Assembly: GCA_963754875.1 (NCBI GenBank)
Contig: CAVWHO010000008.1
Coordinates: 352,001 to 416,000 of the forward strand
Length of the DNA stretch: 64,000 bases
Source: Nitrospirota bacterium
Lineage (GTDB): Bacteria > Nitrospirota > UBA9217
Direction: 5' to 3'
The position numbers and the translations under genes were made by a program. Shown here in pieces: positions 40,254 through 48,300 of the stretch; the first letter of the stretch is position 1; every line of letters begins with the position of its first letter. The notes below the pieces were generated by a model. That model made no database searches, had not been told where the DNA came from, and saw only the letters and a program-made list of their open reading frames with translations.

Positions 40254-41522
40254 TCACCTCTCATGTGATGTGTGGCATTGCACACACATTTCCGTAGCTG
40301 TTGGATAGAGGAGCATATGTTGATTCGTTGTGCCGTGGGGGTCGTGGCAGCTTCCGCACTGGACGTAGGAGTTCGGATTCCGCGGGTCAATGACGCTTGC
40401 TCCTACAGGATGCGTAGAATGTTTTTTGAAATCATGACACGTTCCGCACAGCTCGAGCATGGTTGGTTGCACGAAGAGAAATACATTGTCGGAAGCATGC
40501 GGCGAATGACATGCGGTGCAGTCGCCGTCATTAACCGGCTGATGTTTTGTCGGAGATCGCTTCTGGCGCTCGATTGAATCTGCGTGACATTCACCGCAGA
40601 GGTCGGCCAGTTTTTTTCTCAGAAGCGGTTTTTCTTTTGATGCATGCGGGTTATGACAATGGAGACATCCCGTCTTGTCCACGACAGGCCAATGGATCCG
40701 GTTCTTGTTGAGAACATCGTTGACCATATTGCTGTGGCACCCTTTGCACAACTCGATTCCGGCTTTTTTGGTTGCGAACGGTGTCGGCGAAGTTGGAGAC
40801 TCATGGCACTGGCCGCACATCTTGCTGGCTACGGGCGGGTGAACGTTTGCATAGAGCACGCCCGCCCTGTCGGAACCGTGAGGATCATGGCAAGTCGTGC
40901 AACGTGCTTTTGCCACCGGATAGTTCATGTGCTGTCTTTTGAACGTCGGCACATCTGCCTTATGGCACGTAAGACAGAGCACCGGGACGGCTTTCTTCAA
41001 CAAAGATACGGACTCTGCAGAGCCATGCGGGTTATGACAGTTAAGGCATCCTTTCTCGACAGGGCTATGCTTGAATTTTACGCTTTTTACCCTTTCAGCC
41101 ATGTCCTTGTGGCACCCGAAACAGAGATCGTTCCCCGACGCCAAGAGGTTAAACCTGTATTTCGAAGCATGGGGATCGTGACACTTTACGCAATTCCCCT
41201 CCGACACGACTTTATGGGCACTAATAATTTTCTTGGGAATCACATTTTTATGGCACTTGAAACATATCTTGTTCGTGTCCGCTTCCAGCATCTTACCATA
41301 GGCAGACGCGTGGGGATTATGGCAGCCTGTGCATTCACCGGCCTTCACGGGCGTATGAACAAAAGGCTGCTTGAGCTTATCCTGAAAATCAACATGGCAA
41401 GTCAGGCAATTCTTACCTTGTGCCCCCGGCTTGAGCCGAAATTTATTTTGCTCGGCGCCCGCCGTCGCAGTGGCGCCAAAAACACATATTGCGATAAGCG
41501 CAAATAACTGCCAGTATCGCAT
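40254..41522 (-). CDS. Periplasmic 16-heme cytochrome c (paired CxxCH repeat family)
   Basis: 16 CxxCH motifs counted, with HxPV...CxxCHxPH...LCxxCH repeats and a signal peptide. Confidence 0.95.
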   Translation of the reverse strand: MRYWQLFALIAICVFGATATAGAEQNKFRLKPGAQGKNCLTCHVDFQDKLKQPFVHTPVKAGECTGCHNPHASAYGKMLEADTNKICFKCHKNVIPKKIISAHKVVSEGNCVKCHDPHASKYRFNLLASGNDLCFGCHKDMAERVKSVKFKHSPVEKGCLNCHNPHGSAESVSLLKKAVPVLCLTCHKADVPTFKRQHMNYPVAKARCTTCHDPHGSDRAGVLYANVHPPVASKMCGQCHESPTSPTPFATKKAGIELCKGCHSNMVNDVLNKNRIHWPVVDKTGCLHCHNPHASKEKPLLRKKLADLCGECHADSIERQKRSPTKHQPVNDGDCTACHSPHASDNVFLFVQPTMLELCGTCHDFKKHSTHPVGASVIDPRNPNSYVQCGSCHDPHGTTNQHMLLYPTATEMCVQCHTSHER

Positions 41523-41539
41523 CTTCACACCTTCTTTTT

Positions 41540-43510
41540 TCATCGTTTTTCTCCTATATGACAATCCTCACACGACCGTGCAGCAAAAGGAGGATGGATA
41601 TTTTCTTTGAACAGATTTGGGTCCTTCGAGCCATGCGGATCATGACAGGTCCGGCAATCTATGACGGAAGCTTTGATGCCGATGTGGGCCTTCGCAAATG
41701 CACTGTCGTTCAGGTCATGGCAATCGCCGCATAATGCCGGGACCGGCTCGGTATTCAGTGCAGTTTCCTTTGAAAAATGCGGCAAATGGCATTGCAAACA
41801 ATCGCCTGTTGCCGGGGGATGGGCCCGGCCGGCCTCAAGCTTTGACTTGATTTCTTTATGACAGACCAAGCACAGATCGGGGCTTTGTGCCAGGAGAAGT
41901 TTGGACAGCTTCGACTTATGGGGGTTGTGGCACTTCGTGCACTGACCCGCCATCACCGGAGCATGCTTGCTAATCCCGGACTGGAGTCCTGTGTTTAACT
42001 TATCATGACACTGCATGCAGAGTCTATCCTGCTTGTCCACGATCATTCCGTCGATATCACTTGCGTGGGGATCATGGCAGATAAGACACTCTTTACTGGC
42101 GAATGGGGGATGGTTGGAGCCACCGACGGCTTCCTTCATGAAATCCCCGTGACACTGCAAACACACCTCAGAACCCGGTGCTTTCAGAAGTTTTTCCTCA
42201 GACGACCCGTGAGGGTTGTGGCATTTGTTGCAGGCAGCCTGTTCAACGGGCTTATGGGTATTGGATTTAGCGAATTTCCGTTCCTCATCAGTATGGCATG
42301 AATAGCATATCTTGTCCATCCTGTCGTTCAGCATGCCGACGAAGTTCGTACCATGAGGGTTATGGCAAGACAAGCACATGTCCTGAGCAAACGGCGGATG
42401 GACATCTTTAGCCTTGGTCAGTTCCTTCGTTTTTACATGGCAGGTGAAGCAGAGCTCCGAGCCTGTGACATTCAGGAGGTTCTTATTCTTTGCTGCATGG
42501 GGTGCATGGCATGACAAACATCCTTTCCCCTCGTTGAGTGCGGGATGTTGAAAGATCGGTTTCCCTTCCTGATGGCAGCTGTAACAAAGCTTGTTGCCTT
42601 TCTCCAAGAGTAGTTTTGGATTCTCCGAGGTATGCGCGCTATGACAGGAAAGGCACATGCCGCTTTTGAAGGGCATATGTTCCTCACTGCCGCCGCCCTT
42701 GAGTGTCGTTGCATCATGGCACTGCATGCAGAGATCTCCGCCGCTCTGGGTCGTTCCGAACGGCGTCTGTGACGTTGCTGGGTTATGACATGCATCGCAA
42801 CTCATGGATACAAGGGGGTTGTGAACACTCGTTTTCAGGAGCTTCGGCTCAGACGATGAATGAGGGCTGTGACAGATCGAACAGCGTTTGCTGTCTACAG
42901 GGTATCCGCCATGCGCTTTTTTAAATGATGAGGCGCCGCTGTTATGGCAATCCAGGCAGAGAGCCGGGTCAGCCTTGACGAGAAGGTTATCCTGGTCAGA
43001 ACTGTGGGGCACATGGCAGGCTGTACAACCGTCGGTCTTCAATACTTTATGGATGACTTTACCCTCGTAATTCTCCTTAGCGTGGCACTGGGTACAGACC
43101 GCCGTACCTTCCTCTTTGAGAAGATGTTTCCACGGGGAGGCATGGGGGTTGTGGCAATTTGTACACAGCCCCTTCTGCACCGCTGTATGCACCTTTGCCT
43201 TGTCCAACCCTATTTTCCCTTTGTCGTGACATGTATAACAGAGAGCATTCCCGCGTTTCTTCAGGATCAACGCGGGTACTCTGCCGTGCCGAAGGTGACA
43301 AGCTTCGCATTTTTTTTCTTTCACGACAGTGTGGATCTCTTTCATGCCGAAGTATTTGTCAGAAAATTTTTTGTGGCAATCAAGACAGTCTTTCTGCGCA
43401 AATTTGAACTGAGCGGCCGCCGTACCAGCTAGAGCGATCGTGGCCAGCAGCAAAAATATGCCAAATAGAGAAATTTTCATCTTTGAATGTATGGTAGACA
43501 TGGTCCTCAA
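41540..43510 (-). CDS. Periplasmic 26-heme cytochrome c (paired CxxCH repeat family)
   Basis: 26 CxxCH motifs counted; signal peptide ending AAAQ. Confidence 0.95.
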   Translation of the reverse strand: MRTMSTIHSKMKISLFGIFLLLATIALAGTAAAQFKFAQKDCLDCHKKFSDKYFGMKEIHTVVKEKKCEACHLRHGRVPALILKKRGNALCYTCHDKGKIGLDKAKVHTAVQKGLCTNCHNPHASPWKHLLKEEGTAVCTQCHAKENYEGKVIHKVLKTDGCTACHVPHSSDQDNLLVKADPALCLDCHNSGASSFKKAHGGYPVDSKRCSICHSPHSSSEPKLLKTSVHNPLVSMSCDACHNPATSQTPFGTTQSGGDLCMQCHDATTLKGGGSEEHMPFKSGMCLSCHSAHTSENPKLLLEKGNKLCYSCHQEGKPIFQHPALNEGKGCLSCHAPHAAKNKNLLNVTGSELCFTCHVKTKELTKAKDVHPPFAQDMCLSCHNPHGTNFVGMLNDRMDKICYSCHTDEERKFAKSNTHKPVEQAACNKCHNPHGSSEEKLLKAPGSEVCLQCHGDFMKEAVGGSNHPPFASKECLICHDPHASDIDGMIVDKQDRLCMQCHDKLNTGLQSGISKHAPVMAGQCTKCHNPHKSKLSKLLLAQSPDLCLVCHKEIKSKLEAGRAHPPATGDCLQCHLPHFSKETALNTEPVPALCGDCHDLNDSAFAKAHIGIKASVIDCRTCHDPHGSKDPNLFKENIHPPFAARSCEDCHIGEKR

Positions 43511-43521
43511 AATGGTCCTCC

Positions 43522-45300
43522 CTATTGATTATTTTCAGAACCTGCAATATAAATCTTGATATCAGCAGATTTCCTCAATTTTTGTATCCACTCTTCCAGA
43601 GACTTGCTCAGTGCGGATTTGAATACAATCGCCCGAATGTCCGCCTGAACCTGCTCGAAGGGTCTCTGCGTTGGCGGGATCACTTGCTGAACATGCAAAA
43701 CATAATAGTCGCCTTGCGGACTTTCAAAGAGCCGGAAGTCGTCAGATCGAGCATCTGAAACGGCCGCCCTGACACCCTCTTCCAGTGAATCGATCGGCAC
43801 TGGATTTTCATCAAAAGTAAGTAAGTCCTCGGTATTTGCAGACAGCTGGCCTTCGGCATTGGTCTTGATCCAGGCAAAGTCTGCGCCCTTTTTCAGCCTA
43901 TCCAAAGCGGAAACAGCATCGTCCTTCTTACCGAACACCAAGCTGCGTATCTTCAGCGATTTCGCGGTCATGTACTCTCCGGCATGGTCCCGATAGTAGG
44001 TCCTCATTTCGTCCTCAGTCACATTAACATTGGGGACAAGAACATTCCCGATGAAAGCCCCGAACAGGACGGATCGTTCATACTCCGTCATGATACTTTT
44101 ATAGGCAGCCGTCTTGTCGAGCCCGCGTTTCAATGCCTCCGTATAAAACAGCTTTTTCTGCACGAGCTCCTCCAGCGTCTGCTGCTTAAGCGGGGCGAAC
44201 TTATTGCGATCATAGTCCTTCACTCCATGGAACAGTTTATTCTCCAATGATTCGGACAGCTGCGCTACCAGGATCGGCTCCTCTCCCTTTATTTCAGCCA
44301 CAATCCTTTGGTCTTTCATGAGTTTTTCGATACCGGGACCTTGTGGTCCGTAGTCCAGGCTCGTAAAAAGCTTTCCGTTCACTTTCGTATATTTTTTATA
44401 CAATGCATTGTGATACTGTCTTAAGGCTTCTATCTTTTTATTTTCGAGTACCGACTGCCGGGCCTGCTCTTTCGCTTCGGAGCTTTCTTTAGTCTGTTTT
44501 TCCTCCAGCCGGAAGAAACCGAAGGCCGTTTTGCCACCCTTCGTAATCCTTCTGACAGAACTTACCTCACCGGCTTTTATCGTGGACATTTCATTTACGA
44601 GTGCAGGCTCAAGATCGATCAATTTTAAGAACGTTCCTCCCTCCGTCCCTGTCGCCGTCTTGGCCTTAAGTGCTCCCGCAACGACATTGTCAAAGCTCTC
44701 GCCTCTTCGAATCGCATCTGAGGCTCTTTTCGCTTCCTTTTCACTCTTGAACAGCACATAGGTGAATTTCACCTCCTGCACGGACGCTTGGTAAACCTTC
44801 TCTACTTCTTCGTCACTTGCTGTTACCGTTTTCGTAATCTCGTCCCGTAAGAGGCGTCTTAACGTAACATGTGAAAAATTATCAAGGTTGCTTTTTATTT
44901 CGGGAAGGTCGTGAAGACCGACAGCATTCGCCTCCTGAAGGATGAGCCTCGCATTGACCAGGTTCCCCAACAATTTCACCATATCCATTTTGGTTTTGGA
45001 TGTGGCCGAGAGATCATCCTTCGATTCCACCATGTCTTTTTGATGGGTATCGGCAATGGCGTTTCTGAGATCTTCCAGGGTAATCGGCTCATTATTCACA
45101 ACCGCGACCGCCACATCCGATCCAACAGAAGACAACAGAGGAATTTTCACCGAAACAAGGATTTTGCCTTCCTTTGTAACCGGCTTCAGTTCACTTCCTT
45201 TTTCTTCCCTGGGGGCCGTCTTCTGATCTGATGCAAAGCATGGCACAGCGGTCAGCAAAATGGCCAGCATGCTTGTTGATACGAGCAATCTCTTCTTCAT
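43522..45300 (-). CDS. SurA/PpiC-like periplasmic chaperone / prolyl isomerase, duplicated (OscH-like by position)
   Basis: Signal peptide, two SurA_N/parvulin-like halves (VAVVNNEPIT, VAEIKGEEPI, VTEDEMRTYY, LKKGADF) and C-terminal LRKSADIKIY. Confidence 0.85.
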   Translation of the reverse strand: MKKRLLVSTSMLAILLTAVPCFASDQKTAPREEKGSELKPVTKEGKILVSVKIPLLSSVGSDVAVAVVNNEPITLEDLRNAIADTHQKDMVESKDDLSATSKTKMDMVKLLGNLVNARLILQEANAVGLHDLPEIKSNLDNFSHVTLRRLLRDEITKTVTASDEEVEKVYQASVQEVKFTYVLFKSEKEAKRASDAIRRGESFDNVVAGALKAKTATGTEGGTFLKLIDLEPALVNEMSTIKAGEVSSVRRITKGGKTAFGFFRLEEKQTKESSEAKEQARQSVLENKKIEALRQYHNALYKKYTKVNGKLFTSLDYGPQGPGIEKLMKDQRIVAEIKGEEPILVAQLSESLENKLFHGVKDYDRNKFAPLKQQTLEELVQKKLFYTEALKRGLDKTAAYKSIMTEYERSVLFGAFIGNVLVPNVNVTEDEMRTYYRDHAGEYMTAKSLKIRSLVFGKKDDAVSALDRLKKGADFAWIKTNAEGQLSANTEDLLTFDENPVPIDSLEEGVRAAVSDARSDDFRLFESPQGDYYVLHVQQVIPPTQRPFEQVQADIRAIVFKSALSKSLEEWIQKLRKSADIKIYIAGSENNQ

Positions 45301-45345
45301 TATTTCTCCTCACTTTTCATGCTCCCCGCAACTGAGCAAAGTAAA

Positions 45346-48300
45346 TTATCTCGAACAAACCGGCTGTGCACAGGGATGTCCGGTCCGCCAATCACTCCTT
45401 ACCAGGTAGTCATCATCTTGACCGTACTGCGTACCATCTCCGCAACCATCGCGCTTGCCGTCTTGATATTCCCCAATCCGAACAGGGTGACCCCATCGTC
45501 TCCTAGGCTTCGAGCTCTCTGAGGACCAGATGATCCTTTTACTGGTTTTTTCAATCAGCATCACGGAAAAAGTAACTTTCGGGCTCCTCCATTGTTCATC
45601 CCGATAGTCCAGGACTTTCCCCGTTAGGAATAGATCGGCATTGATATTTTCGATGAGGATATCGATATCGGAAAGTGAAGCTCCTTCCTCCATGATGGTC
45701 CTTACGCTGAGAAGTTCCTGCCTCACTATAGCCGGATCGATTACGACAAAATCCTTCCGTTGCGCCAATTCTTTCACGAATTGCAGCATGACGACCTCTC
45801 CGGCGCCAGGTGTCTTACTTTGGTTGAAAAAAGGTATGGCCGCTATGGTGCGCCGTTTATCTCTGTTGATTATGCTCAGACTGTGTACTTTGTAGCGCCC
45901 GAGGGAGGCATTGGCAGGGCTCGACAGTTTCACATCCATCGCCTCAGCGGCCTCGACACCGTCATCTCCTGGCATGAGAACAGTAATGATTGCACTTCGA
46001 CTGCCCGCCTTGATTATAGCGGGATTCGGCGTGGCCGAGTAATCTAACGGTTTCTTCGTTGTACTACTGATCGTAAACGGAATAATCACATCCTTGCCCG
46101 ACAATGCCGACGATTCAATAGCAATAATTGCCGTTTTCGCTTCCCTGATGACGCGCTGATTTTCGGAAAGAAAGGATATTGTGGGCATGGGCGTGGTATT
46201 CACGATGGTATAGGTATGTGTTGTGACGCTTCCCAACACACTGTCGGCAGACTTCAACAGGCTTACTTCGATGGTCTTGTTGTCATCGTAGATGCCGTGA
46301 TTTACAATCTCAAGCTCGATGGTCTTTTCAGTCTCGCCCGGGGCGAAGGTCAGGCTGCTTCCCGCCATCGCGTAATCCTTCCCCTTGATTGCCGTCCCCC
46401 CGGTCACCGCGTACTCCACCGTCACCGGCTTGCCGCTCGCTGCGCCGAGCGCCACCTCGAACCGGGACTGCCCTACCTTGTCATCGCCCCGGGATTCCTT
46501 TCGGCTAAAGGACACCGTCGGCGCCGGATCGCTGTCGACGATGGTCACCGTGCTCTCTGTGCTCTTTCCCTGCGTCGCGTTCGTGGGGGCTCCCATGCTC
46601 ACCACGACCGTCTTGTCGTCTTCGTTGATGCCGTTGTCCGTGACATCCACGGCAATCGTTGCGCTCTTTGTTCCCGCCTTGATCACGACCGGGCTCGCCG
46701 TAATCGTATAGTTGCCGGGAGTTTTCGCCGTTCCACTCACCTTGAACGGCACCGTCACGTCCTTGCCCGACAGGGCCGACAATTCGACAGCGATGGTCGC
46801 CGGTCCTCCGTTCTCCTTCGCCTGCTGGCTCGTTGACGTAAACGTCACTGCGGGCGCCGGGTCCGCATCAATGATGGCATAACTATGCATGGTCGTGCTT
46901 CCGAGAACGGCCCCTTTCGGATTTTTGAGGCCGACCTCAATGGTCCTGTTATCCGCATTCAGCCCGTCATCCCTGATCCCAAGCTCGATGGTCTTTACCG
47001 TTTCCCCCGGGGCAAAGGTCAGGGTCTGGGCACCGTCCTTCAGCGTGTAGTTCGTCTCGCGGACGGCGGTGCCACCCGTGACGGCATATTCTACCGTCGT
47101 CAACTTGCCGCTCGCTGCGCTTAGAGTCACCTCAAGCCGGGCGGGACTTACCTTCTCGTCCCCGTACGAACTGGGGAGCGTGAATGACACCGTGGGCATG
47201 GGCGTGGTATTCACGATGGTATAGGTATGTGTTGTGACGTTTCCCAACACACTGTCGGCAGACTTCAACAGGCTTACTTCGACGGTCTTGTTGTCATCGT
47301 AGATGCCGTGATTTACAATCTCAAGCTCGACGGTCTTTTCAGTCTCGCCCGGGGCGAAGGTCAGGCTGCTTCCCGCCACCGCGTAATCCTTCCCCTTGAT
47401 TGCCGTCCCCCCGGTCACCGCGTACTCCACCGTCACCGGCTTGCCGCTCGCTGCGCCGAGCGCCACCTCGAACCGGGCCTGCCCTACCTTGTCATCGCCC
47501 CGGGATTCCTTTCGGCTAAAGGACACCGTCGGCGCCGGATCGCTGTCGACGATGGTCACCGTGCTCTCTGTGCTCTTTCCCTGCGTCGCGTTCGTGGGGG
47601 CTCCCATGCTCACCACGACCGTCTTGTCGTCTTCGTTGATGCCGTTGTCCGTGACATCCACGGCAATCGTTGCGCTCTTTGTTCCCGCCTTGATCACGAC
47701 CGGGCTCGCCGTAATCGTATAGTTGCCGGGAGTTTTCGCCGTTCCACTCACCTTGAACGGCACCGTCACGTCCTTGCCCGACAGGGCCGACAATTCAACT
47801 GCGATGGTCGCCGCTCCTCCGTTCTCCTTCGTCTGCTGGCTCGTTGACGTAAACGTCACTGCGGGCACCGGATCGCTGTCGACGATGGTCACCGTGCTCT
47901 CTGTGCTCTTTCCCCGCGTCGCGTTCGTGGGGACTCCCATGGCCATCACTACCGTCCGGGCCTCTTCGTTGATCTTATTGTCGACCGGGCTTACCATAAT
48001 CGCCGCGCTTTTCGTTCCCGCCTTGATCATGACCGGGCTCGCCGTAATCGTATAGTTTCCGGGAGTTTTCGCCGTCCCGCTTACCGTGAACGGCACCGTC
48101 ACGTCCTTGCCCGACGGGGCCGACAATTCGACAGCGATGGTCGCCGGTCCACCGTTCTCCTTTGCCTGCTGGCTCGCTGCAGTGAAAGCCACAGAAGGCA
48201 TGGGTGTCGTATTCATGATAGTATAGCTATGCGTGGTTATCGCGCCTATCACGGCATTCTTTGCACGTTTCAAGCTCACGACGACTATTTTATCGTCATT

